A stretch of DNA of 64,000 nucleotides from Pseudovirgaria hyperparasitica (lineage: Eukaryota), in assembly GCA_010093815.1 (NCBI GenBank), contig ML996573.1. One strand, given 5' to 3'. The notes under the pieces are model-generated. The model did not search any database. It was not told the origin of the DNA and worked only from the letters and a program-made list of their open reading frames with translations. The position numbers and the translations under genes were made by a program. Below, piece after piece: positions 1-11,239 of this stretch; positions within the stretch are counted from its first letter, which is position 1; every line of letters begins with the position of its first letter.

Positions 1-254
1 GAGATGTTCTTGCCGTCATGAGGTAAGATGCCGTGGTTGGCCATGGCGTTTATCATTGGACAGGCAGATCGAGAATCGCCTTCCTTTGGAGGAATGTACT
101 CGGGCCATTTACCGCCGTGCCCGGCCTGTCCTTCCGGTACAAGATGACCAGGCTTGTATGAAGGAAGTACGAAATTGAGCAATAAAAGGTTGAAATCCCA
201 AACAAGAACGAATATATCGATGAAAGGTTTAGTGAGCTTTTGGAGCAGGCCCAT
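1..254 (-). CDS. Heme-thiolate peroxidase (chloroperoxidase/unspecific peroxygenase family), 5' part only; runs off the window
   Basis: Not in the ORF track. Manual translation from ATG 254: MGLLQKLTKPFIDIFVLVWDFNLLLLNFVLPSYKPGHLVPEGQAGHGGKWPEYIPPKEGDSRSACPMINAMANHGILPHDGKNI. This matches the family proximal-Cys motif D-x-R-x-x-C-P-x-x-N-x-x-A-N-H-G-x-L-P-x-D-G. Confidence 0.88.
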   Translation of the reverse strand, partial: MGLLQKLTKPFIDIFVLVWDFNLLLLNFVLPSYKPGHLVPEGQAGHGGKWPEYIPPKEGDSRSACPMINAMANHGILPHDGKNI

Positions 255-1084
255 GATGGCGGACTTGTATGGCAGAACAAAATGTTAAATTTCAAGTTTG
301 AGGACTGCGATAGACTTCGTGAGATTGGAGACAGATGGGAATCCTCGAGACCATAGATCCGGGGAGCTTTCTGATTTTCAGAGCTGCATCTGTTGGGCGC
401 GTGTATGTGAGGGGGAGGGTTTATCAGCCAGCCACTTCCAATGAATCGACTCCGATAGGTTGTGGTGTGAGCTCATGCTGCATTGCCCTAGTCGGAAAGC
501 ATCTGATGATCTGATCTTGCATATTTTCAGCTATTACAACAAGCCCTCATAGGCCAACCGAGCGCCAATGCAGAAACATGCCCCACTTCTTGTACGATCT
601 CAAAGATTACACATGCGGCTAGCCAGGCGCAAGAAAAGCTAGAGATGTGTTGAACGTTGAATGAGGGGGTGCATTCTGTAGCGGACGTTTTGAGTCGAAT
701 GATGAAGAATCGCGGCAAAGATATAAACTTTTCCCAATATCGGGCCATGTCAGCAGTCCTCTAGAGGACGGGAGTGGATGGATTGGCGCTAGGAACAGGG
801 GCTTTACCCGTCCGGTCCCCTCCCATAGCAATTCATGAATGGTCCGTGCTTTGATCCAAATTCTTTAGTGTACATACACCTCATCTCAATCTTCTTTCAT
901 ATGTCATAGCGTTCGCTTTCACTTTACCAGGCGTGTCCCCAGTGCTCAAGTCCTCAGTGTTGACCAATTCATTGGTTCTGCATCAGCGTTTTCTGAAGAT
1001 GAAAAGAGCTGAAGCGAAGAAACGATCGTCCATAACACGGTTCAATGGGCATCAAATCCTCGAAGGACACCTCACCTCATCTTA

Positions 1085-1811
1085 TCAGCGGCGTGGAAGG
1101 TACCACCGGTCGTCTGGACCGTAGAGCTCTTCTCTCGCTTCGAGCGCAGTGACATGGTGATTCTGTCTGCTTCTACGTAGATACACAGTCTTTGTCTCCT
1201 CCGCTTCGTCCTCCGTTGTATCATCCTCTTCAACCGGAGAACCTGCGCGGGGGATGATTGCGGGCCGAGGCGCTGGTATGAAGCGAATAGTACCTGTTGG
1301 ACGCGAGTCTGATATACGGGCATGTGAAGGATCCGCGGACGGGGCCTTCTCGATAGAGGCTTGAGGTTCACGCCCCTTCCAAGATGTGAAGCTCATTGTA
1401 CGCTCACGACGCTTTGAGGCCGAGCTAGGTTGTGGTTTACCGACAGCTGGTACATGAGACGATCGTTGCGAATTCGATCTTGCTGAGGATATAGAATCCA
1501 GCGGCAGTCCTACAGACCCGTCTCTACCGAACTTGGCTGGGAGAGGTCAGTGGTGAGTAAACGTTCTAACAAGTGTTCCGCCTTACAGTTTGGGGGCCCA
1601 CTCTTTACAGATTCGTGTGAACTCTGTAGGTCCACTGAGAGCATGTAATCTGTGATAAGTAAGTGACTGTCACTGGAATCGACTTCGTTCGATTGTAGGG
1701 TCACACACTGGCAAGTTGCTCCATTTCTCGCTGATTCGCTTGCAGCTTCTCAAGAAGCTCTCGATTTTCTGCTATGATTCGCTGGAATGTCTGCGCTGCT
1801 TGTTCCGTCAT
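1085..1811 (-). CDS. Hypothetical protein, about 3 exons, N-terminal coiled-coil-like segment
   Basis: ATG 1811 (MTEQAAQTFQRIIAENRELLEKLQANQREMEQLA). Two GT..AG introns join it in frame to ORF 1085-1396. No recognisable domain. Confidence 0.5.
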
Positions 1812-2486
1812 GGTCACGAAATTGAGCCTATTGCTTGGTGATGTTCAACTTTAGTTGGCGCGATGTTTGGAAAGCTGTTTTAGTGTTACACATTATCCGA
1901 GAAGAAGCTGTGACTGTGAAGCTAGGCAGGTGAGACTGAGAAAAGCTACGAGAATTAGGTCATGGTGAGAGGTACAATTGTTCGTATGCATCTGTGTAAC
2001 GTGACGAAGTAAGGGGTGTACCACCTTCATCGCATCTACGGTGTCTAACAGCTCAAGTAGGAAACGCGTCAGTTTCGAGGTGTGAAATCATCTGCACAAT
2101 GCAGATACAACTGAGACTGTGATTCGAAATTGCACACAGTTTTAGACGCTGACAAAATATGAGCCAGCACCCCATTAGATTGAGAGACATTCATTTAACC
2201 ACGAAATGTTACCAATGTTACCTTGAATAGATGAGTCTGTCCATGACTTCTCTCGTGCTTTCTTAAGCCTTCAAACTTATTAAATGTTGGTACGGTGTTA
2301 GTGCCTGAGGCGATAATGCCAAGCTTCTGGTCTGTGCTTGCTTAGCGAGGACCGCACAATTTCAACTACCGCCCTCCCCATCTCCTTACACCACATCATC
2401 CGCCACCCTCACGGTATCGCCAATTTCTACGGATCCGAAGATCAAATCGAAGACAACATCTCATCACCAATTTCCAACAGTTCAAG

Positions 2487-2986
2487 ATGGTGAGACGCCC
2501 GCTACATACTCCAAGCGAACCCTGTGGCGAAATTGTGGCATCAGGCACACGACATGGCAACCTCATCAAGACGAGGATGTGTATCATCTGAACTGCTTCC
2601 GAATCGATGAAGGAGAATCACTTGGGCACTTGATATGGGCTTCGCGCGGGGTTGTTGATGTGCAGTGTACATTGAGCTGACACGCCCACTAGGTTCTCGA
2701 CCGAGATTTCCTCAATGAGTCGGCTCAGGCCCAAGCTCGCAAGCACAAGTTGAAGGTATGTTTGTGATAATGTCTGCGTCTGCTACGCTCTGACATTGTT
2801 TAGATGCTCGTACCTGCCCCACGCTCATTCTTCATGGACGTCAAGTGTCCTGGTTGCTTCACCATCACCACTGTCTACTCGCACGCACAAACAGTCGTTA
2901 CTTGCCAAGGCTGCTCGCAGGTGCTTTGCCAGCCCACCGGTGGCAAGGCCCGTCTCACAGAGGGTTGCTCTTTTAGGAGAAAGTAA
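2487..2986 (+). CDS. RPS27: 40S ribosomal protein S27 (eS27)
   Basis: Exons 2487-2489 (ATG only), 2693-2755 and 2804-2986. Protein ...[66 protein letters not shown] with the C4 zinc finger. Probable extra 5'UTR intron at about 2415-2480. Confidence 0.97.
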
Positions 2987-3686
2987 ATGTGGCGCTTGTG
3001 GACTGGTCAAAATTATGAATGATGGATCCTGGGTGTGGCATTAGATCTCATGCATTCGACGAATAATCGACTTGCGGGATAGAAGAGGGATCATCTCCAA
3101 AAAGCTATTTGGGAGTTCCGGATATCTAGCGTGGTCGACGGTATCTTTTCCTTTTCCTGGGCTTCTTGTGCGGCATGTGGCCATCATTGTACATGCATGT
3201 GGACGGGGAGATAGCGTTCAGCATGAGCCTTCCGTTCCTACCTGGGATTCGGTGGTTATGACCGTCTGTAGCATCGAGGATGCCTCCACTTGCTCGCGGT
3301 CTTTCTGTAAAATCCGAAAAAATACTCGTACTACAACGTATTCACCCAATGCACTCCCATGTTATATCCCACCCCGAATCCTCAGACATTTGTTGTAGTG
3401 ATGGATTGGATCTCATAGATCGTAACATCATTAACAAAGGCTCTAAAAGTAAGTGATATTAGATAACCTCGCAGGTCATCGGAGCCGCCCGTCAATTGCG
3501 GGGCAGCCTCTATGAGAGGAAGTGGTGGCTCCGAGCTGCCGTCGACGAACGACCGATGTCACCAAAATTTCGTGGAGCCCAAAGAATCAGCATGACCGCA
3601 CCGCCGGAGTCCTTTGTAATATTGTTCCAAGCTATCACCTTAATACAGCCTCGATTCCTCTAATTACGCGCCCAACAATATCCAAC

Positions 3687-4663
3687 ATGACCCTCCCAAC
3701 CTCTATACACAACTCTGCCGTTGAAAAAGCCATCGAGAATGCCAAAACCCTCTCCCCATTCACCGACGCCGATTGGCTCCTCAGCATAAAGGCTGCCGCC
3801 GAGCATATCAAGCCCAGCGATGACAAGATCACCTTGAACGACGTCGGGCCCAAGGCTATCGCAAAAACAATTGACCATACCCTGCTGAAGCTCGACGCAA
3901 CAGAGGCCCAAATCAGACAACTATGCGTAGAAGCGAAGGAGGATGACTTCATGGTCCAAACCCCTTGCCAATACTGTACTATTATATGTACTAATCTATG
4001 CCATAGTCCGTGTGTGTCCGCCTGCCGCACGTGCCCCTTTGCGCATCCCTCCTTTCCGCGTCCACCGTCCTCATCGCCTGCGTCATCGGCTTTCACGAAG
4101 GAACATACTCCACGCCCACGAAAGTCGCTGAATCAATCGACGCGGTCCGCGCCGGAGCATCGGAGCTCGATGTAGTCCTCAATTGGCCCGCGTTGCAGTC
4201 CGGCCAGTATAGTTCTATCTTCACTGAATTAGCCGCAATACGCCTTGCCTGCCCACACCCGACAACTCTCAAGATCATCTTCGAGACGAGCCAGCTGTCC
4301 GAAAGCGGCATACTAGCGGCATGCCAGCTTGCTGCGGCGGCGGGCTTTGATTTTGTGAAGACGAGCACAGGGTTCAACGGGCGGGGCGCGAGTGTGCGGG
4401 ATGTGCAATTGATGCGTGCAGCGAGCAAGTGGTATGCCAGTGATGATGGGGTGAAGCTGTTGCGGAAAGCAGGGAAGTCGTTGGGGACGAAGGTGCCGAT
4501 GAAGGTAAAGGCGAGTGGCGGTGTGAGGACTTTCGCAGATGCAGTGAAGATGCTAGAGATTGGCGCAGAGAGGATTGGCGCGAGTAGCGGCAAAGTCATC
4601 GTGAAGGAGGCCAAAGAGGGCAAAACGAGCTCAGGGGCAGCAGCTGGTGCAGAAAGTTATTAG
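3687..4663 (+). CDS. Deoxyribose-phosphate aldolase (DERA/DeoC family)
   Basis: IDHTLLK, GASELDVV, LKIIFET, GFDFVKTSTGF (Schiff-base Lys), VKASGGVRT and GAERIGASS motifs. One intron 3954-4006. Confidence 0.95.
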
Positions 4664-4771
4664 GGTGCCTCAGTACCCACATACTGTACACATTATCACA
4701 AGAACACTGAATACGCCAACAACAACTCTTCCATTCATTCTCCCACTCGAAACATCGTACCCTTATTTAAC

Positions 4772-5803
4772 TCAGTTCACCGCTCGTCTGTACCCTTTTC
4801 TTGGCAAAAACCTGGTAGCACGAGCTTTATGGTCTTTCCATTCCCATCCATTCGGATCTTTCTTCAACAAAAGAGGGCCTCGCAATTGGAATTTGTTCGG
4901 GTTACCAGAGATCGACCATGCTTCGTCCATAGGCTGCCTTGCAGCGGAAGGTCGGATCAGTTTCACAGGGTCACTATGAGGAAGACGTCGTGTTTCCGAG
5001 TGAGAGCTTGCCGTTGTTGGCTCAGTGCTCGTTGGCTCACAGTGTGCGGTTGATGAGCACGAAGCTGAGCAGGTATGATCCATCGAACAAATGGATGTGT
5101 TGTCGACAGAATCATCACGCCAGACCTTGAAAGGGGTTGGTGGTAGATTGTAAGCCACTGGTGTTACATAGTCCGGCGATGGAGTGCTTGCGACAAATGT
5201 GCTATCCATAGACGAGAGAGCAGGAAATCGCGTGTGAGGGGATGGACTCGGCGAGGCTGGTGCACTCACACTCCTCGGACGATTGAGAGAAGAGGAATGC
5301 ATCTTGCGTACTACAGGTGTTCGTGGATGAGAGTCATACACTGGTCTGCACACGGCAGGTGTGCATAAGCGTGTCCGGTGGCCTTCTTCGCAAGATGACG
5401 GTACCTTCGCTGCATTTCGGTTCCGGAAGGCTGGCGGTGGTTCAGTAGAATAACGTCTTGACCTGCCCAGCCGTGGGCTGGTCGTCCATGCTGGGTCATG
5501 ATGGGCTTGCTCGTCAACCCAGGTTCGAAGTCGAGCTGATTCCAGGACGTCTTTACGAGCCTCTAGCCTGTGACATTTGGCCCTCCTTCGTGATTGGAGG
5601 TTCTGAATCTCCTTCTTCCTCCGTCGATCTCCATATAGAAGGAAGATCAAGACTCCGAATATAGCAACGTAACCACTCAAGACCGAGACAATAGCTTGTA
5701 TGTGGGTAACACAGACTATTACGCAGAAGAGGAAGGCAAGCTCGTACATTGGGATGTAATCATCAGGGATCTCGATACGGCGAATGTCGTGTGCTCGGTT
5801 CAT
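4772..5803 (-). CDS. Hypothetical protein with two N-terminal hydrophobic helices and a Ser/Pro-rich tail
   Basis: Uninterrupted ORF of about 343 aa. Hydrophobic segments LAFLFCVIVCV and IVSVLSGYVAIFGVLIFLLY are followed by basic RRRKK. Confidence 0.6.
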   Translation of the reverse strand: MNRAHDIRRIEIPDDYIPMYELAFLFCVIVCVTHIQAIVSVLSGYVAIFGVLIFLLYGDRRRKKEIQNLQSRRRAKCHRLEARKDVLESARLRTWVDEQAHHDPAWTTSPRLGRSRRYSTEPPPAFRNRNAAKVPSSCEEGHRTRLCTPAVCRPVYDSHPRTPVVRKMHSSSLNRPRSVSAPASPSPSPHTRFPALSSMDSTFVASTPSPDYVTPVAYNLPPTPFKVWRDDSVDNTSICSMDHTCSASCSSTAHCEPTSTEPTTASSHSETRRLPHSDPVKLIRPSAARQPMDEAWSISGNPNKFQLRGPLLLKKDPNGWEWKDHKARATRFLPRKGYRRAVN

Positions 5804-6219
5804 GATCACAGGTTGAGCGATAGTGAGAGGAGATGTGAGATATTCACCTCCTGGTCGGTGGTCTGTAGCGAGTGGAGACTGTTTGTGGGTATGTGATAGA
5901 GCCGCTGCACAAAGGTTATCAAATCAAATGACGAAAGGAAAGTAATACATAATCGGTTTGGCGGTTTTGAGGTTGGGAGAGAGATTCTGGATTCATAACA
6001 AAAATTAGATCAGGAACAGCGTTAATAGTGCAGGAGAAGTCGACATAGTCTGACCAGCAGCGCTATTGCCTACCTGCAGACTCGAGAGTAGGTGCTTTCC
6101 GTTGTGACCGAACACCTGAGTCCACCATAATTATGCGAACGTCTGCAAGCTGACAGATCAGAGGCTTGCAATTGCATATATACATGACTATATCACCCAG
6201 TCCGAGTAGATTTGAGTGT

Positions 6220-6948
6220 CTAAGAGAGTTTCTTCGCTTGCTTCCGCGTTCTCCCAATCTCTGACTCAAGTATGCGCATTTCTCGCAATATATTACAGAG
6301 CTTTGGAATGGGGTCATCGACGGCTTGTACAAAATGGCTTTGTGAAGTTCTCAACGCCTGAGGGACAAGAACACCAAACCATCGGATTGGATCAACTATC
6401 TTCTCCTCGGATTCATCCGAAGGCCGATTGGGAGACTTCTCGGGGCTTCGTCCATGTTGACCATTTTCGGTATTGATAGTCTGTCCGTCGTCTTTGGTGT
6501 GTCGCGGCTGTTGATCATTGTCTGGATGGACCTTCTCGTCCGATGAGGCTTGGTCAGCTGACTCGGATGTGTTCGTGGTGGGAGTCAAATTCAGAGACAG
6601 GAGATCAAGCTTAGTCAGACCAGAATCTGTTTGAGATATTCGTGCTCGCCGCCATGCCTTCATGCGATCATCGTACTGATCTTGCCCGTACCTAACCCTT
6701 GAGGCAAAATTTGACTGCGCTAAAGAAATGAAACCCTAACGATCATCAATATACATGGCCTGTTCCTTTATTATTGAGGATAGACTTACTGAGGACATAT
6801 GGGACGAAAGTTGTATGCGCGTTTTCTGATATTCATCTACAAGCTCTAGGTAGCGTTCGAGAAGATGATCAATCTTATCCAGCATCTCTTCACGGCTCGG
6901 TTTTTGTTGTAAGTTCTGGTCAGCCATCGGAGCCAGAACAGATGCCAT
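6220..6948 (-). CDS. VMA22: V-ATPase assembly factor Vma22/CCDC115
   Basis: Exon 1 LLERYLELVDEYQ..LSSHMSS, intron 6736-6789, exon 2 GFISLAQSNF..YGQDQYDDRMKA and DPIRWFGVLVPQALR (family signature). Confidence 0.88.
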
Positions 6949-7143
6949 GCTGTCTATTTTCACCCGTGTTTGTTGAAGAAGGGGAAATTGACGATGTTGA
7001 TGTTCGGCTCCAGCTGCCTTCATGACCCACCGAAGCTAGGATATAATTGCCGCTTTTCACCGCCCAAGACGACCGACATAGCTAATAGCTTCATTCGAAC
7101 ATTGAACAAGTCTGGGTAGCCAGATCTTGTCTGAAATTACGAC

Positions 7144-8230
7144 ATGAGCCAGTTTGGCCCACTCTGGAGGCATGTATCTCGCCTAAAGACCATAAACGAG
7201 CAGAGAATATGCTCTAGGACACTTCCAAAGAGGCAGAAGCCTCTCCACCAGCAATCGCGCCGCTACGCTCATCAGCCCGCAGACGACGCCGAATGGGTAT
7301 CGCCAGTAGACAAACCTGCTGTACTTATGCGCTCGAAGGCGAATAAGAAACATGGTCCAGGTCTTATCATACTAGGTGTGTGCTCAATCTGTTTCCTGAC
7401 GCTGCGAGAGCGCCCTCATCCCACAGCAATGCTAATCAATATCTAGCATTGATGCCAATCACAGCATTCGCCCTCGGTACATGGCAAGTCCAGCGACTTT
7501 CCTGGAAGACCGATCTCGTCGCCCGCTACGAGGACCGCTTAGTCCGTCCGTCCCTCCCTCTCCCACCACACATTGACCCAAGCGCGATCCCCGATTTCGA
7601 CTATCGCCGTGTGTTCGCACGAGGCAAGTTCCGACATGACCAGGAGATACTACTCGGTCCGCGCACGCATGATGGTAAAGATGGGTATCAAGTGATAACA
7701 CCAATGGAGCGGTGGGACGAGCAAGGCAAGGAGATGGGCAAAGTTCTGGTCTGCCGCGGCTGGATATCGCGAGCAAAGGAACTGCAGAAAGATAGAGCTG
7801 GCCCTGATGCATTACCAGAAGGAGAGATTATCGTGCAAGGTTTGCTAAGGCAGCCCTATAAGAAGAACATGTTTACCCCGGCTAATAGTCCGGAGAAAAA
7901 TTTGTGGCATTTCCCGGATATCGAGGCCATGGCTAAGCATGTTGGCGCAGAGCCTGTGTTTGTGGAAGAGACTATGCTACCTGATTTACTAGTATCTCAA
8001 TCGAGAGAGACGAACGGTGTACCAATTGGGCGGCCCGCGGCTGTGAACCTGAGGAATAACCACACACAGTACATAATCACATGGTAAGATCAGTCAGATG
8101 TCGTGTGGTAGCGCAAACTAACATAAACAGGTATGCTCTAGGTATCGCCACTTCTATCATGTTCTGGATGGTGGTCAAGAAGCCACAGTCAGGCATCCAA
8201 CAAAGACTACAACAGGCCAGGAAATGGTAA
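7144..8230 (+). CDS. SHY1: SURF1/Shy1 cytochrome c oxidase assembly protein
   Basis: Basic mitochondrial-type N-terminus. LGTWQVQRLSWK, DYRRV, VLVCRGWI and NNHTQYIITWY motifs. Two introns (about 7376-7447 and 8084-8130). Head-to-head with VMA22, about 195 bp between ATGs. Confidence 0.95.
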
Positions 8231-8447
8231 CTCGAGCAACAATGCGATGTCCTGCCCGTGCAGCAGCCATTCCCCCTTCTCCTGTACATATATTCAATAA
8301 TTGCACGAAAGCAGACGTACATAAAATGCCCCAAAAACACAAAGCCTATCCAACACGACCCTTACCAAACATCACATACCAACGTAACACCAAACATCAC
8401 CCATCCCCGTCCAAAACTCCCCTTTCCACTCCAACCACCCCAACCCA

Positions 8448-9002
8448 TCAAGCAATAATCGTTCCGCGCCTCCCCCACCTCCTCAACATCCACAACTCAT
8501 CCAAGAACCTCCCCTCCGCCTTACCCCTCTCCCGCTCCTCCCACCGCACCTGCCTCTCCGCCGCCCTCTCCCCACTCAAAAACCCATACCCCCCCGTCGC
8601 CGCCATCCACGCCTCATACACCACCCACTCCTCCGGCTTCTCATACCCTTCTCGCTCCTCCTTCCTCCCACCCAGCGCATACCAAGCGCGTGTCTCCTCC
8701 GCAGCAGCAGGTCGCGCCAGATCATCTACTTCGTAGTCCGGCTGCGCGTCGAACCAGATGGTGTAGATGGTGCGCAGGCGGTGCGTGTACCAGGTATATG
8801 AGATAATGCATTCGGAGCGGACGGGTTCGGGTAGGGAGGAGCAGTATGTTGGGGGGGTGGTGCGTTTGGCGGTTGTGTTTGTTGAGGGGTGCCAGGCGAG
8901 GTTGGGGGTGGTTATGGGGCCGATATGGCGGGCTTTTGTGGTTGGGATGGACGCGAGGAGGAGGAGGGTTGTGAGGAGGGTGATGGGATGGAGGGTGTGC
9001 AT
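8448..9002 (-). CDS. Small secreted protein (signal peptide, possible Kex2 KR site, 2 Cys)
   Basis: 184-aa ORF. MHTLHPITLLTTLLLLASIPTTKA looks like a signal peptide. TAKR dibasic site, then YCSSLPEPVRSEC. No recognisable family. Confidence 0.6.
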   Translation of the reverse strand: MHTLHPITLLTTLLLLASIPTTKARHIGPITTPNLAWHPSTNTTAKRTTPPTYCSSLPEPVRSECIISYTWYTHRLRTIYTIWFDAQPDYEVDDLARPAAAEETRAWYALGGRKEEREGYEKPEEWVVYEAWMAATGGYGFLSGERAAERQVRWEERERGKAEGRFLDELWMLRRWGRRGTIIA

Positions 9003-9553
9003 TGCGGTTTGGCTGGTTGAGGTGTGTTGGGGTGTTTTCTGTGGGTGTGGGAGGTGTGTGGAAGGTGGATGATGATTGGTAGTGTGGATTTATGAAGGTT
9101 ATGATTGGGAGTGTGGAGATATGAAGATTATGATTAATCGTGTTCGGGTTGCGGATGTATGGGGATTATGATTGATCGTGTAAGGAGGTGAGGAGTTGAT
9201 TGATGTTAAGAGCGAAATTGGGTGTAGTGAAGTAATGCTATAGAACACAGGTGAATTGGAAATTAGTATTTAGAGCGTGACGAGATAACTATGTGAACAA
9301 TGTGCAACAACAACACAATTGTCCCTACAGACAACACTTATGTCTTGCGATCGCGATTCTCTCCTGTTCACCCACACCATACGTTTCAAAGCGTACAACT
9401 GTCCTTGATGATGTAGCTAGATCGCTGCGATATTCCTTTCAGGTATATCGTCGTGCCAGATCCCCGAACCCGTATGTCTAGATATTTCTCTCAAAGTTCT
9501 CTGCTCAGGGACAGGTGACTATCGTCAAACGCCTTCTCAGCTTCGATTCTCGC

Positions 9554-10429
9554 CTACCCAGTGAAAGCAACATCCTTGTCGGGCTCGTTTACGTCCGGTT
9601 TGAGTTCAGATTCTTGCTGATCGGGAGTGAGGTATCCACTCAGTCCCTGATTCTCTGTCGAAGTCGCAGGCTCGTCTTGGATGATCAGACTTAGTCTTCC
9701 GTTCGGTTGCACACTCAGACGTGGGATCCTCGACGACGTGACAGATGTCGACTGCTCAATCGACGACGTCGAAACTCCAGCTTCACTCTCCTGGCTTGCA
9801 AGCGTTTGTGGAACCGAGTTTTTGAGCTTAGCCTCAAAGGCCAACTCTCTGCGTTCTTCTCTCCGTCTGCGTGCCTCTAGAATAGCCTCCATTTGGAAGA
9901 ATGATTCGACCCAGTTCTTGCCTTCAGCTGCGTAGTCAAGCGTATGGGAGCGGGTCTTCAGGATCGAATCGAACCAGTCCTTGCTCTCATCTGCGAGTGC
10001 GGTCAAGCGATCGGACACGGACGGCCGACGTTGGCCAGGAGGCTGCAGTGACTGTTCGGAAGACGATTCTTCCCCTGACATTGAAAGCTGGCAGAGTCCA
10101 ATCGTAGAACGAGATTTTGATTTGATCTTTGACTCAACGGTCTGCTTATTCTGTGGCCCATCTTGGCTACTGACAGATGCCCGCAGCACGCTCTTATGTC
10201 GTTTGAACTTTACAGGCTTCGGTGGTGGCCAGTACTTGGGATCGTGAGATACTGAGCCAAACGTAGCCCTTCCTCTTTCTGCATCTTTCGATGCTGTACT
10301 GCTGGCGACTCTATTCGCATGAACTCGGTCCCGGATCCATGGAGGAAGGTTTTCGAAAGCTGGCCGCTTCGTAGGCGAGATGAAGTGGTAGAAGGGGAGA
10401 ATCGCAAGAGAGGTCTCCAAACCGGGCAT
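9554..10429 (-). CDS. Hypothetical Ser-rich protein
   Basis: Uninterrupted ORF of about 291 aa from ATG 10429. Short amphipathic/coiled segment (WFDSILK..WVESFFQMEAILEARRRREERRE). Confidence 0.55.
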   Translation of the reverse strand: MPGLETSLAILPFYHFISPTKRPAFENLPPWIRDRVHANRVASSTASKDAERGRATFGSVSHDPKYWPPPKPVKFKRHKSVLRASVSSQDGPQNKQTVESKIKSKSRSTIGLCQLSMSGEESSSEQSLQPPGQRRPSVSDRLTALADESKDWFDSILKTRSHTLDYAAEGKNWVESFFQMEAILEARRRREERRELAFEAKLKNSVPQTLASQESEAGVSTSSIEQSTSVTSSRIPRLSVQPNGRLSLIIQDEPATSTENQGLSGYLTPDQQESELKPDVNEPDKDVAFTG

Positions 10430-11239
10430 CTTGAGATCGAACCGCAAAATATAGGTTACTTTCCTTGTTGATATCGTCGGAATGGACAGAGTAGTTAACT
10501 GTGTATGTCAGGTACTGAGGAGAGGTTAAGGGTCGTTTGGTAGGCTACTTCGATCTCATAGAGTGAGTGATGCCACGTCGAGGTCGTCACTTTTATCGAA
10601 TTGGAAATGACGTAAAGAGCACGACTTTAAAAATGTAAAAAAAAATGAAAGCGAGAACGAGAAGCAGTCCCTACTTAGGGCAATGATCGTGAGAATGGAA
10701 GCAAAAACGCTGCCTTCAGTTCTTTTTGGACGACGAAAAATTATCATTCAGTCTGGTCTTACCTACCATGCTTGTATTTGTCAGTGAAATCGGTGTCTTC
10801 TGGCTGGTCGTTTGACGTAGTGTGCGCTTTTTCAATACTAGTATTACGTACTTCATGATAAGTTAAGTTCCTTACGGGCCGGGTCATATGGCTTGGTGAA
10901 GATCGTAACCACGACAATTGCTATGCTCTGATTTGAGTGAGAATTCGCATCCGCAATACGAGGTTCCGAAGTTGCCTGGTCAACAGCTGGTGTGCTTGTT
11001 GGACTTCCAAGCAGGGGTGTTCGAGTGAATAGCAGGGGCATACACAATGATCTTGACATGTTTCTGTGAAGGTCAACTAGGCTGAACCAGGTATTTGCAC
11101 ATCGCGAAGAAAAATCGTAGGTAAACCTCGGGTCATGTCGAAGTATGATTAGCAAGATTTGGGTGACAACGAAGCCTACGCTGTGGCAGGCACGGTGATA
11201 GTAATCCTCCAGGCTCACTCCATAGGGTATAGTGAGAAA

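Noticed and set aside
6691..6699. CCTAACCCT telomere-template-like 9-mer
   Set aside because: Lies inside the VMA22 coding exon. It is a chance match and shows how weak such 9-mers are alone.
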